In this document: one piece after another, positions 41,325 through 55,650 of the stretch
Layout: each line of letters starts with the position of its first letter
How positions within the stretch are numbered: the stretch's first letter is position 1
Assembly: GCA_964016885.1 (NCBI GenBank)
Contig: OZ024741.1
Span: forward strand, 309,504,001 to 309,568,000
From: Eledone cirrhosa
Lineage: Eukaryota
Direction of reading: 5' to 3'
Length of the DNA stretch: 64,000 bases
Made by a program: the position numbers and the translations under genes
The notes under the pieces: model-generated
What the model saw: only the letters and a program-made list of their open reading frames with translations
What the model was told of the DNA's origin: nothing
Database searches by the model: none

Positions 41325-42233
41325 TACCTCATTTTACTAGTCTCAAGAACGCGTCTACACGACGTGAGAAAGAATCCCAAAAGGCGGAGGGGGAGATAGT
41401 CACGCGATATAACGGTCGAGAAACAGAGCTAAGCCTCTTATAACCACGAAGAAAATACCACGGAGGCGGAGGGGGTATTCATATCGAGGCCGTAGAAGAG
41501 GTAGTGAAGAAGGCGAGAAGTATGAGTAATGGAAGCTTTCCAGTTGTCCCCACACTTCAAAGATTGCTCGACCAGAGGGAGTTATTAATATATTTAGAAA
41601 CACACAGATACATGCGGACACACACATATATACATGAATGCATCCGCACCCAACTGTGGCAGACCTCGCAGGGACTCTATATCTTTGATATATTGTTTTT
41701 GTTTATGCCACGAAACTACGTAGTCGAGGAATTTAGGAGCAGTTTAGGTATGATACATTTTATTACTAATTATATCTAAATGTTTCTTCTCTCTTCATAA
41801 TGTATTTTTAACTCTGATACTGGTTCAGTCTGGTTCAAACTGAATTGGTCTGTCCCAGTCATTCATTGAGCAACATCGGTGAAGTTGGCACCCTTAACTC
41901 ACAGTTGGGTGCGGATGCATTCATGTATATATGTGTGTGTCGGCATGTATCTGTGTGTTTCTAAATATATTAATAACTCCCTCTGGTCGAGCAATCTTTG
42001 AAGTGTGGGGACAACTGGAAAGCTTCCATTACTCATACTTCTCGCCTTCTTCACTACCTCTTCTACGGCCTCGATATGAATACCCCCTCCGCCTCCGTGG
42101 TATTTTCTTCGTGGTTATAAGAGGCTTAGCTCTGTTTCTCGACCGTTATATCGCGTGACTATCTCCCCCTCCGCCTTTTGGGATTCTTTCTCACGTCGTG
42201 TAGACGCGTTCTTGAGACAAGTAAAATGAGGTA

Positions 42234-42321
42234 TCCTCTTGATAAGTTGGCAGACCTCGCAGGGACTCTATATCTTTGATATATTGTTTTTGTTTATGCC
42301 ACGAAACTACGTAGTCGAGGA
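42234..42321 (+). ncRNA. Hammerhead ribozyme, U3-A8 core variant with long stem II
   Basis: tcctc TTGATAA gttggca..tgccac GAAAC tacgta GTC gagga. Confidence 0.72.
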
Positions 42322-42390
42322 ATTTAGGAGCAGTTTAGGTATGATACATTTTATTACTAATTATATCTAAATGTTTCTTCTCTCTTCATA

Positions 42391-43119
<729 letters not shown>

Positions 43120-43148
43120 CATTTGGAAACTCTGCTTCATAAAATCGA

Positions 43149-43243
43149 GACGTATCTGAGGACCTTGCGATTTCAGGGTCAGGTTCGATCATTACATCGA
43201 TCGTGCCTCGAGCTGGTCGACAGAGAAACGATTGTAATATGTC
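43149..43243 (+). ncRNA. Type I hammerhead ribozyme with long diverged stem II
   Basis: gacgtat CTGAGGA .. GAAAC gatt GTA atatgtc. Confidence 0.65.
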
Positions 43244-43281
43244 TAATAAATGTTATTTGTCGCAAAACTGATTCTCCGTTT

Positions 43282-43329
<48 letters not shown>

Positions 43330-43523
43330 AAGAGAGTAAAGCAGTTAAATTATAGAGAGGGGGAATGATCATGATCGATTTATGCCCTTATTTTTGATGG
43401 ATTTGAAATTTTTTTGCTTCATGACCTTTTCCTGACCAAAAGCAATAATTGTCCCGACTTTGAATATAATCCGTTGGAAATTGTGGACGTGAATCCGTTA
43501 CAAACCTTAACACACACATCCTC

Positions 43524-43690
<167 letters not shown>

Positions 43691-43758
43691 CAAGGTTTAA
43701 CAAATAATGAAAAAGTTTCAAAATACATTTTAAAAAATTGACTTTACCTACTATAGTT

Positions 43759-43841
43759 ACCTTTACCGATCGGTTTCGAATCCCAAAAATAAACGGAGGC
43801 CATACGGCCTTCGTTGCAAAGAAAGATTCTCGTCAGAAGGT
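43759..43841 (-). ncRNA. Type I hammerhead ribozyme, intact core
   Basis: acctt CTGACGA gaatc..gattc GAAAC cgatcg GTA aaggt. Confidence 0.85.
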
Positions 43842-44044
43842 TCTTTTCATTCAAAGAATATAAAATTCCTGAATTTAAATTACAGACTAGCGCTATCAAA
43901 ACTGTTCCCGGAATGAGAGTGGATGATGTAGAAACAGGTTTATCAAGGGCCGAAGTAAAGATAGAGGCAGAAGGAGGTAGGTCAAACCAGCCACAGCTAT
44001 CACTAGCAGCAGTCGGAGCGACCAAATTTGTTCTCAACTTAGAG

Positions 44045-44102
<58 letters not shown>

Positions 44103-44282
44103 TAAACGGAAAAGAAAATGCTGACAAATTGTTCACAGTGAAAAATAGTTTAATTAGGAATAAGTGAAAATTAGTAATAGTATTAGTTAGTATTCAGTTT
44201 TGGTTTTAAGTTTTACCGGTTGCGCATTTCTAATGCTTTTCAAAAATAATTTTGAGATAGAGCGCCCATGATGTTTGCTCTA

Positions 44283-44323
<41 letters not shown>

Positions 44324-44329
44324 ATTATT

Positions 44330-45080
44330 ATTATTATATATTCGTGTACAGATATTTTTGCATACACAATAACAACATATAAACAAACGTATTTATTTCA
44401 CGAGGCTCGATAAGGATAAATATATATCAAATATATAAGAACCCTAGAGCAAATCCCGAGCAACGCCGGGCCATTCTGCTAGTGTTGTTAATAAAAACAC
44501 ACACCCACCAGTGGGTTTTCTTTCCGGCTACCTTATTAGTCAGGTAACTTTTTTTTTATGTTTTGAATAATTCTTAATAGTAAACAGGCCTTTTATTTTA
44601 TTTTCTAAAGATGGATAGTCCTTTATTTTATTTTGATATCTGTTATATATAAACATATTAAGTCAACTATATTTTACAAACAGAAGTTATACAATGATGG
44701 AAATAATAAAAATAAATAAAGCCAAAATTAAGTAATGAAAAAACAAGAGGTAAAGGGTAAAGAAGGGTAGATGTGGCTGTATAGGAAAGTAAAGGAAAGG
44801 ACTGTAAATGCCATAAATGTGAAGAAAAAGAGGGACAAAGCAAGGACTATTTGGCACAACAAGAGAAAGAGAGGGGAGAGGGTGACAGACTCTGAGCCTA
44901 GGCCGAGGTGATGTTTTTATTAACAACACTAGCAGAATGGCCCGGCGTTGCTCGGATTTGCTCTAAGGTTCTTATATATTTGATATATATTTATCCTTAT
45001 CGAGCCTCGTGAAATAAATACGTTTGTTTATATGTTGTTATTGTGTATGCAAAAATATCTGTTCACAAATATATAATAAT
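44330..45080. repeat. Inverted repeat (44330-44499 / 44912-45080), each arm containing a Helitron 3'-end motif
   Basis: cccgagcaacgccggg..CTAG (44479-44482) matches the 3' end at 49302-49329. Confidence 0.8.
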
Positions 45081-45102
45081 ATGTATATATATCTTATATA
45101 TA

Positions 45103-48100
45103 TCTATATATATAAAACGGTAGATGTCTGTCTGTGTGTGTGTATGATTTTTATGCATTTCCACATTTCTCTACCGATTTTGATGATTTTTTTTCAATGT
45201 GCTCCAAATTTACCAGGGCAGGTCAACACGTCATTATTTTTGCCAAAAATGTCCTGCTTCTATGAAAAAGAAATCGATAAAACTAAATACATGCTGTAAC
45301 CCTCTCTCTTACACGCTTCATTCCTCTCACTACTACCATAAAAAATATATAAAACTACATACATGTTGCAACTCTCTTTAAAAGGTTCATATTTTCATCT
45401 ACTCCACTCTCAATCTCCTCTGCAACTCTCTTTAAAAGGTTACTGCCTCCGTCTACTACCCTTTACAGTTTAGAACAACAAAACTTCTTTTGAAGGAACG
45501 CGACACAAACTTTGAAACCTAAGCAACAACCATAGCTTTACTCGCTCCGTCGCTCTTCCCTCTCTCTACAATAGATTATTCCCCCACTCTACAGTCATAA
45601 CGACACTCATACATCAAATATCAAAATTTAAAAAGCCGATAACACTAAATACATACTGCTCTCTCAACGTTACATTTTACATCAAATAACAAATATTCAA
45701 AAGCAACAGATGAATTTATAAAATAACAAACGTAACAATAACGACCTCTCTATAATTTAACTGCTTTATTCTCTCTGTCTCTCTTCACTCCCTATATGAC
45801 AACACTGCAGAGGGAGAAACAATGTATATGATCAAATGGAGCGTCCGCATATTCTCCCCCTCTATAATTTAACTGCTTTACTTTCTCTCTCTCTCTTCAC
45901 TCCCTATATGACAACACTGCAGAGAGAGAAACAATGTATATGATCAAATGGGGCGTTCCGTATATTCCCCCTCTCTATAATTTAACTGCTTTACTCTTTC
46001 TGTCGCTCTTCACTCCATATGACAACACAGCAGTGGAACGTTCCGTATTGAGCGTTCCGTATTGACATACGGCTTATCTGGGGCATTTTCAATCGGCTTA
46101 TTGCAAATACCAACCCGCAAAATAACACTTCAGATAACAGATTAATGCTATAGACATATGAATCGGAATGTAACCCGTGAATGAATTTTTTCCTGGGCAA
46201 AATTATTCGAACAGACATGACCTCATTGCCAGAGTGTTCAGACTGAAACAAGCTAAACACATGGCTTTAATCAAAAAGGGTCAGGTATTTGGGACTGTAA
46301 AATGTGACATCTTCACCGTCGAATGGCAAAAGCGAGGGCTGCCACATGCTCACATTTTGATTTGGTTAGCTGATAAAATCAATTCAAATGCCATAGACAG
46401 CTTCATTTCGGCTGAAATCCCTAACCCAGCAACTGACCAGGAATTACATGACATCGTCAAAGCTAACATGGTCCGTGTGCGTCGGGTCCTAATAAGCAGT
46501 AAGGGATACCCAAACAAATGTGTTGACGAGACTCAGACTGGTGGCGATGGGTACCCCCTGTACAGGCGGAGACGGCCCGAGAATGGTGGCTTCACCACAA
46601 CAGTAAAGAGAGGTCAAGTCGACAATAGATGGGTGGTCCCTTACTGCTCGCTTCTCTTGAAGATGTTAAATGCCCACATCAACGTTGAGTTTTGCAACTC
46701 CGTCAAGTCTATAAAATACATATGCAAATATGAAAATAAGGGCTCTGATGAGGTCACAGAATACCTGGCGGGGCGGTACATCGGTAGCAATGAAGCTTTT
46801 TGGCGCCTATTTGGTTTACCCCTACACCAACGGCACCCCGCCATCCTACAGCTTGCAGTACATTTGGAAAATGGGCAAAGGGTTTACTTTACGGACCAAA
46901 CTGCGGCCAAGCTGGCCGCCGATCCGAAAGAGACCACTCTGACGGGTTTCTTTAAACTTTGCCAGTTCGATACGTTTGCGCAAACAATTGTGTAGCCCCA
47001 GGTCCCATCCTACTTTATATGGTCGAAAAACACTTGGGTGCGAAGAGAGTCAGGTCAGGCTGTTGAAAGACATACTGGTGTAAAATTTGACAGCTGTCTT
47101 GGAAGGGTTTACCCTGTGACCCCAAGTCAGCATGAGTGCTTTCATCTCCGCCTTCTTCTGCATGAAGTTGTAGGCCCACAAAGTTTTCAGGACCTCAAAA
47201 CTGTTGATGGAGAAATATGTGATACGTACCGGGAAGCCTGCTTTAAGCGTGGTCTTTTGGAAGATGATTCGCAAAGGGATTCCACTTTAGCAGAGGGTGC
47301 TTTTTTGAAATCACCTAAAGGTCTACGGGATCTCTTTGCCATTTTGCTTCAAAAGTGTGAATTAGGTGATCCCAAATCTTTATGGGTCAAGTACAGAGAC
47401 TTCATGTCTGAGGATTTCCTCCGCCTGGCTCATCTGCAGTATCCTTCAGTTGAAGTTGCTTACAGCGGCATTATCTACAACAGGGCACTCATTGATATCG
47501 AGGACGCCCTCCTCGACATGGGTGGGAGTGAGTTGGCGACGTATAGCTTGCCGTCAACCGTCACAGATGAAGCCAACACGTTGGCCCCGGATTTGTTGCG
47601 GGAAACAGCATATGACATCGAATCTCTTTCCCAATACTTAGAGGAAAATGAGCCCAAACGACTGTCGGACCAAAGGTTGGCCTATTTAACTATCATGGAC
47701 GCAGTTCAAAATCAGACTGGGGGTATTTATTTTCTCGATGCTCCTGGGGGTAGCGGAAAAGCTTTTGTAACAAAATTTATTCCCGCTAAGATTTGTCAGG
47801 AGAAAAAAATTGCGTTGGCCGTTGCATCGTCCGGGATCGCTGCTACTTTGCTGCCGAGAGGCAGGACAGCACATTCAACCTTTAAACTCCCCTTGGATTT
47901 AGTAAAAACTGAAACACCAACATGTAATATCAGCAAGAGCTCACACGAAGCTCTGGTTCTCAAAAAATGTTGCCTCATTGTTTAGGATTAGTGCACAATG
48001 GCACACAAGGGTGCCTTTGAGGCATTGGACAGGACCCTGAAAGACATTAGAGATTCTACGGCTCCTACGGGTGGCGTAACCCTTCTGCTATCAGGTTATT

Positions 48101-49329
48101 TTCGGCAGACGCTGCCTGTCATCCCCAAAGGGACAAGAGCTGATGAAGTGCGTGCCTGCCTTAAGTCGTCCACGTTGTGGCCCCAGGTGAAGACTTTGTA
48201 CCTGAGCACAAATATGCGTGCTCATTTGCATGGTGACAACATGTCTGCAGCATTTGCTCAGAACATTTTAGCACTTGGTGAGGGCAAGGTCCCTGCGGAT
48301 GACAAAGGCGGCATAGCAATCAACTCCCTGTGCAACATTGTGAGAAGCCCTTCTGACCTTTGGGAGGCAGTTTTTCCTAATGTCTCATCTAACTTTAAAA
48401 ACTTCGATTGGCTCAGCGAAAGAGCCATCCTTGCTCCGAAAAATGCCATGGTTAATTTTATTAACGAGCAGCTGATTGAGAAAATTCCCGGTAAAGAGCC
48501 ATCTTCAAATCTATCGACGGGACGTCAGACCACGACGATATCGTTAATTATCCGGTTGAGTTATTAAATTCCCTTGAGCCCCCAGGGCTCCCACCTCACA
48601 TTTTTAGCTTAGGGTTGGCTGTCCTATTATGCTAATAAGGAACTTGCGTCCACCAAAGCAGTGCAACGGTACTCGCATGGTCGTCAAGTCACTGACGCCC
48701 CACTTGATTGAAGCCACCATTGTAACGGGGTGCGGGAGAGGGGAGAATGTTTTCATTCCAAGGATGAACCTTTTCCCCTCAGCGTCAGATATCCCGTTCG
48801 ATTTCCGACGATCCCAATTCCCGATGAGACCATGTTTTGCCATGTCCATTAACAAGTCACAAGGGCAAACATTGTCGGTGGCGGGCATCCATTTGGGGGA
48901 GCCATGCTTCTCCCATGGCCAACTTTATGTTGCCTGTTCCCGCGTATGGAGCAGGAATGGACTTTTTGCTTACACTCTTCAAGGGATGACACACAATATC
49001 GTCTACAAAGAGGTGCTATAGATGTTGGTGCAGGTGTTGGAGGTGTTGCCGTCTGGAAAACTGGTAGTGTCACCCATGGCGGACAGATCTGACACCCAGC
49101 GGCATCAGGGCCACCATCTTGCAACTTTGGTCTACTAAATTCACTATTGGAAGATTATTAACCCATCATTGATTGTCCAAAATGCTAATTGGTTCGTAAC
49201 TTTTAATAACCGGTTCAACTGCTTTATGCACTTAATTGATAAGCTTATTCCCTTTCAAGCCATGTTTACCTGTATGTAATTTTTCATAGCAAATGAACAA
49301 ACCCGAGCAACGCCGGTCTAAACTGCTAG
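45103..49329 (+). mobile_element. Helitron, internally deleted, both termini present
   Basis: 5' A|TCtatatatataaaa; 3' ccgagcaacgccgg hairpin + CTAG|T; ~110-bp internal repeats at 45745-46030; RepHel fragments. Confidence 0.92.
46177..49021 (+). pseudogene. Helitron Rep (HUH) / Pif1-like helicase with stops and a frameshift
   Basis: VEWQKRGLPHAHILIW, KYICKY, DAPGGSGK, VASSGIAATLL..GRTAHS, FRQTLPV, CNGTR, FAMSINKSQGQT, HGQLYVACSRV. Confidence 0.93.
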
Positions 49330-49589
49330 TATATATATATATATATATATATTAAAATAACAGATTAAAGTTTAAGCAAAGAATCGCTGCTTTCACCCTT
49401 AACAGGATCTTCTGACACTAAAAAAATCAATCTGTGAACGCGGAAGTAAGTATTTCGAAAAATGTTACACACTACATATATATATATATACACACTATAT
49501 ATATATATACATATATACACACACACACAGATAGCGACGTCATAATGTCGTAATGCAGACAGACATTATAAGGGCGCAACGTTATATCT

Positions 49590-49811
49590 ATGTATCTATC
49601 TAAAAAGAAAGACTAAGAATTATAGAGAGAGATCGCTAAATCGCCTAATGCGGTACCTATGCCATTGAAAATTTGAAATATTTTTCGCTCTAAAACACTC
49701 ACAGGACCATAAGTATTACATGTGTAAAGTTTGAAAACAATCGGTTGGGTGGTTCTCGAGTTTTAGGGAGTCAGACAGACACACAGACATTCTCTGTTTT
49801 AGATATATAGA
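49590..49811 (-). mobile_element. 5' end of a non-autonomous Helitron-like element
   Basis: Minus strand begins TCtatatatctaaaacagagaatgtctgtgtgtctgtc, resembling 45103. Confidence 0.55.
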
Positions 49812-50290
49812 TGATTCTCCCAACGTATAACAATATCTGTTTCAATATAAGATTTCATATTAAAAAATTGTTTTAATAAATACATAAACGAAGCGTGTGT
49901 CTGTGATTTCAAATGACTGAAACGGTTCTAGTCGCGTAAATATATCTATATCTATATATACACATATATGCATGTGTTATGAAACGTGTAAGTATACGTA
50001 AATATATACATATACATATGTGGTGTTCCGTCTCCAGAAGTACTTACCCTGATCTTCGCAACTATATCACGAATTTTATGCACAATAACTCTTTCATTTT
50101 TCTAAAGATTTATCTCCCTTGAATATTTACTTTTTCTTGCTTTCGATCAGAGGTTCTCAAACTTTTAGGACCACATAATACCTTCAATGGCCACATAATA
50201 CCTTCATTGCACCCAACCGGAAAGACCTACCAACACACAAATTATAAATGATATATAATAAATAAAATCGCTAATTTATATATAATAATT

Positions 50291-50482
50291 AGGGCGGTGG
50301 ATTGGCAGTATCGGTAAAGGGTCGGATGCCATGCTTAGCAGCATAGGGTTACGGTGCTTTACGGTCTGAGTTCAAATCCCGCCGATGTTAATTTTGCCTT
50401 TCATCCTTACGGGGTCGATAAAATAAAGTACCAGTAATACACTGGGATAATTGCTGGCCTTGTGTCAAAAGTAGAAACAGTT
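50291..50482 (+). mobile_element. tRNA-derived SINE
   Basis: Full-length family copy with A/B boxes. Confidence 0.85.
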
Positions 50483-51489
50483 AATTTATATATAGATAAA
50501 TAATATTATATATATTTTTTTATTCTATATTTATATTTATGTATCATGATATTTAATATACTTTTATATCATCTCTACCGCCAACACCCGGCGCCCAGTG
50601 GACCTTCTCAACGTCCCATCCCACCCCACCCCACTCGTTTAGGTATTCGTATATTTGTATCTTACACGATTATAAAAAATGCAGTTTAGAACACAGAAGT
50701 TAAAATCCATCATAATCGAACCCACGACGTTGTGATCATGAGTCCAATACCCTAACCCCTAAGTCACCCGCGCCTTTATTTTATAACATAGGCGACCGGG
50801 AAAATATTTATCAAATGAAAACGTAAGATGCGGCCCATTTTATGTATGAAAAAATATTAGGTAATATATAAAGTAGCGGACTACGAAAATCATGAAGACA
50901 GGTTCAGCTATTTCTTTATTCTATAAAACAAATTATAAGAGGGTAAATCAGTGGAGCTGACCAGTTTAAAAAAATTACAGATATTATTACAGCTCAGCAT
51001 ACATAAGGGAGCTAACTTTTCAATTTGCTATGGTGAAAATAAGGGGCATGACTCAATTATTATGCATCATTATTAAAAGATTTAGGTGGAGAATCTCAAT
51101 GATTCTGATTTGGAAATGAAAAAAAATTACAATCCATCAAGGTTTACATATAAAAAAGAAAACAAAAGACGAAAAGAAAGCGAAAAAATGAAATAGCAAA
51201 ATTAAGGGAAAGGGGGAAAGGAACGGAAAAATCTACATCCCAATCTAGATGGAATATTCACAAATGGCAAAGATATTGCTGCAGAGAAGAGCCAGAGAAA
51301 CCTGTTGAATCAGCCACTCTATCTCTCTTCCTTGGGCGGCGCATGATTTTGTAGAGGAGAACAGCAATTCGTTGGATGGTAAACACCGGGGATCTTGTCA
51401 ATGACTGACTCAAAAAGGAAGGAGTCAGTCTAGTCCCAGCATTTAGTGTTTCTTCTTCTTCTTCTTCTTCTTCTTCTTCTTCTTCTTGT

Positions 51490-52610
51490 GCAAAAATAAG
51501 GTGGAGAAAGAGTGAGAAAATGGGAAAAGAAGGGAAAGAAAGTGGGTTAAAGAGGAGGTAAACAAGGCTAAAGAGCAGGAAAATGGGGGAAATAGGATGA
51601 AAGAGGTGAAACGAGAAAAAGTATGTAAATGGGGAAAGAGATAAAAGGGGGATGAAAGTGGGCTAGAGAAGTGTGAAAATGATGACAAAAGGTAAAAATT
51701 AATAAGGGTAAATGATGAGGAAAGAGATGAAAAGATGAAGAAAGAGGGAAAGAAAGGGAAGAGGAAGAATGAAATGAAAATGGGCTAAAGAAGGTTAAAA
51801 AGGTGGTAATGTGAACGAAATAGTGTGAAAGAGGCAGAACACAGGTAATGTGAAGAAATTTGGCTAAAAAGGGGTTAAAGAGGGATAAAGAAAACAAAAC
51901 AGATGGTAGAAAGGAAGAAAATGGCCTAAACAGAAGTAAAGAAGGATAAACAAGAGTAGAGAAGGATAAAAAGGGCTCAAAATAAGGTGAAAGAGGTAGA
52001 ATGTTGCAGGAAGAAGAGAGAGAGTGGGGAAGAGACAAAGGAAAGGATGAAAAGGAAACTGGGCTAAAGTGTGATAAAGAGGGATAATGTGAATGAAAGT
52101 AAAAATTAACAAATGAGGGAAAAAAGGGACAGAAGAAGGAAAGAGAAGGAGAGGAACAGGAAGAAAGTGAGGTAAAGAGGGGAAAAGAGGATGAAAGAAA
52201 TGGTGAAACAGAGTAAAGAGGGGGAAGGGGTAGAGAGGAAAACCAGAGGAAAAGGAGGAAAGAGAAGAAAGTGGGCTAAATAGGGGTAAATGGGCAGAAG
52301 GAGAAGAACAAAGCAAGCAAAGTGGTGTAAAGAGAGATAATAAAGAGCACAGAGGGCAAAAGAGGCTGAAAAGAAGAAATACCTTTACAAAAGGTAAAGC
52401 GAAATAAAGTGGGCAAACAAGTTTGAAAAATGATGAAGGATGAAGGTGGAAAAAGAAGGGGAGGATATAAGAGAAAGAGGGGAGAAAGGGAAAGAAAGTG
52501 GAATAAAGAGGGCAAAAGAGGAGGAAGAGAAGGAAAGAAAAAGAAAAGGGGGAAGAAAGGGAAGAGGGAGAAAGTTCTAATAAAGAAGAGACAAAGGGTG
52601 AGAGGGATAT
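51490..52610. repeat. Purine-rich low-complexity tract
   Basis: About 1.1 kb of G/A-dominated degenerate repeats. Confidence 0.8.
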
Positions 52611-53119
52611 TTGATGGTAAATATATAGAATAATGGAACAGGAAAGCCTAAAACAAATTTACCATTGTATGTTGATGGGGAAGTTTATCCGAAATATAAT
52701 GTATTGAGAGAGTGAAAAACCAGGTCTTTCATAACAGGACCATTTCTTTAATTCTGAAGACAACTGAAGTAAACAAGAGATTCCAATGAAAAAAATATCC
52801 AAGAACAAAACATTAACCCGTTTGATACCAAACTCCATTAAACTGCCCCTCGTTTTATGATACAAAACTTTGTTTTAAAGTGTTTATATTTATCTAAAAA
52901 CCTTCCATCATAACTTCATGTAATAACCTATGTTATGTTCCAAATACCAACTTAACTATTTGATGCCAACCCACTTGAGACCACTTCTTTAGGTTTTATG
53001 ATAAAAAACCATGTTTTAAACAGATGGGATAATCTTTCTGACGTTGGACCAAACAACAACAATTGGGGAAGAATGAGTCAAACTAGTCACTTGCATGATC
53101 AATCAGGTAGTACATGGTG

Positions 53120-54290
53120 GGGACATACCCAATGGTGTAGTGCTACACTCATTAATTATTACAAGGAAAATGGGAGTGCTCTAGAAAGGAGCAACTACAG
53201 AGGCATAAAACTGATGTAACAAGTTATGAAAGTAACAAAAAGAGTTTGGGCTCATCTATTTAGAGAAAAGGTCAAATTAGATGAGATGTAGTTTGATTTT
53301 GTGCCAAAAAGGAGCACCACAGATGCCCCTTCTTAGTGAGACAGCTACAAGAGAAAAGTTCCTTTGACCAAGTACCTATCATCTGGTGCACCTTAAGGAA
53401 ATTAGGTATAGAAGAATAATATATGAGAGAAGTGTATGTCATGTGTAGAGGAACTGCCTGTAAAGTGAGAATAGATAATGAGTTTTGTGAGAAATTCAAT
53501 ATGCAGGTAGATATTCATTAGGGTATGGTTTTAACCCTTTAGCTTTTAAACCAGCCGGATCCAACCAGAATTCTCCCACCTCTTTCTGTTCAAACTGGCT
53601 GCGACCAGCCACTCATATTGTTGTTAAGGTATTGTTGTCAAAATAAATAATATCAAAATCCCATAGATTCGGTATTATATGAGATAATTGTGTGAGGTAA
53701 AGCCATGAAAATATAATAGTAAATATAGAGTTATGTAAATGTTAAAGGATTAAACCAACTCCTGTTTATTAGTTCTTGGGGCCATAACAGAAAAGTCTAA
53801 GACTGGCTGTCTATGGCAACTTCTGTATGCTGACAATCTGTGGAAGAGCTAGAGAAGAAATTCTGTCTGTGGAAACAGAAAAATGGCTTAGAGTAAAATT
53901 GAGAAAAACTGAAGTTTTAGTAAGTTGAGAAGTGACCTTACTTGATAATAATTAGAATATAATTAAGTAGAAATTTAATATGATGTACATAATATAAATC
54001 TTTGATACACAAAAGATGTAGTGGGATAGCAGTTAGACTAAAAGGAAAAAAGTAGACTTGGTTTATAACAAATGAACAGGGATAGCTGGTATTAAGAACA
54101 TCAGCAAATTATTTTTTTGCAATCCCAGGATGGATCCATAGAAATTATTGATAGCTTCTGCTACTTTGGTTACCTAATTAGCAATGGAGGTCATTCTGAG
54201 AGCCTAGTAACTACAATAAGAACAGGATGGAAAAAATTCAGGGAGCTACTGGCTCTGCTGACAACAAAAGATTTATTGCTACAAACGAAA
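53120..54290 (+). mobile_element. Degraded RTE-clade LINE RT, interrupted by a MITE
   Basis: SNYRGIKLM, LVRQLQEK, QLLYAD, DSFCYFG..GWKKFRELL. Confidence 0.75.
53535..53749. mobile_element. piggyBac-like MITE
   Basis: TTAA|ccctttagc..gttaaagga|TTAA; inverted homologue at 58258. Confidence 0.7.
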
Positions 54291-54715
54291 GTGTGTGTAT
54301 ACACACACACATACATATATACATACATAGATACATACATACACGATGGCTGCCCCCTCGTTATCAAGTATGGCCATTGCACAATATAACATTATTAATA
54401 ATTATCAATTGCTATGGTGCAATGCCTGTGCGTGAAGTTTTTTTTTAAGTGAGGAAAGACTGTGCACTGAGCTAATCCCACTCTCTGAGTGACAGTAGCT
54501 ATAACCCAAAAAGAAGAAAAGATCAACATCATCAATAACTACAAACATGCAGGTTTTATGTCGGAGTTATCCCAGTTTCCTGAGTTGCCTTCTCCTAGAA
54601 GAATGCCCTGACAAAGGCTAAGTGGTTTAACCGCGCAATCGGGTATCCAGCCCGATTATTTCTATGTCCCTGCGCATATACATACAGATGCATACATGTA
54701 TATCCATATATATAA

Positions 54716-54746
<31 letters not shown>

Positions 54747-55337
54747 CATATGCATACATATATATACATATTTACACATTTTTGGATGGCCGTTGACTCT
54801 TATGTGTTCTTCCGCCCTTTGTCAGGTTTTGGTTTTTGTTCTGCAGGGTGTTCAAAATCACCCTCCTCACCAAGTAAACTTGGTGGGGTTGATGGTTTAG
54901 TTGTCGACGACCCAACCATGCAACAGGTTGTACCGGGTTACATGTTAACAGTAGCACTCAAGAATGACCCGACAATACATACATACATACATACATAATT
55001 TTGCATCTAATAACTGCATATACACATGTACAGATACAAAGCATATACACATGCACACATACAACTCAAAACATACACATCCACACATACAATAACATCC
55101 ATATCTACACATGCATGCATGCAGACATACATACATATATACCTAGTTGATGTTGTGTAAATTCCAATGAGAGAGTCCTGTGTCTATGTTAGAAACCGAG
55201 TCTCTCTCTATTGGTAAAAATTTGTGAAATTATAAAACCAGAAGAACATACATACATACATACATACATACATACATACATACATACATACATACATACA
55301 TACATACATACATACATACATACATACATACATACAT

Positions 55338-55616
55338 ACCAGACAGAAAAATGCGTACAGCAAAAAAAAGTAATATTGTTGGAATATAAACCTTTAAAAA
55401 TACAGGACAAGAAACTAAAATAAAACTTTAAAAGAATAGGACAAGAAACTAAGATAAAACTTTAAAAGAATAGGACAAGAAACTAAGATAAAACTTTAAA
55501 GAATTGGACAAGAAATAAAAAATTTTACAATAATATTAGTGGCAAAATTTTTATTGGTAAAAAATCGAGTTCCACATTCATAGGCTCTGGGTTCCACATT
55601 CAGAGGTCGTCGTCAG

Positions 55617-55650
<34 letters not shown>

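Noticed and set aside
41400-42158. Duplicated 75-aa ORF MCVSACIC
   Set aside because: Starts in a microsatellite-like patch; the identity just reflects the inverted duplication.
49383-49418. Minus-strand CAGAAGA..GAAAG motif
   Set aside because: Several core changes and no stem I or NUH site.
51240-51305. Faint U5 snRNA resemblance on the minus strand / possible plus-strand exon
   Set aside because: Invariant U5 loop and Sm site are absent; the acceptor is weak.
51443-52633. Phe/Leu/Pro/Ser-rich ORFs
   Set aside because: Low-complexity purine tract.
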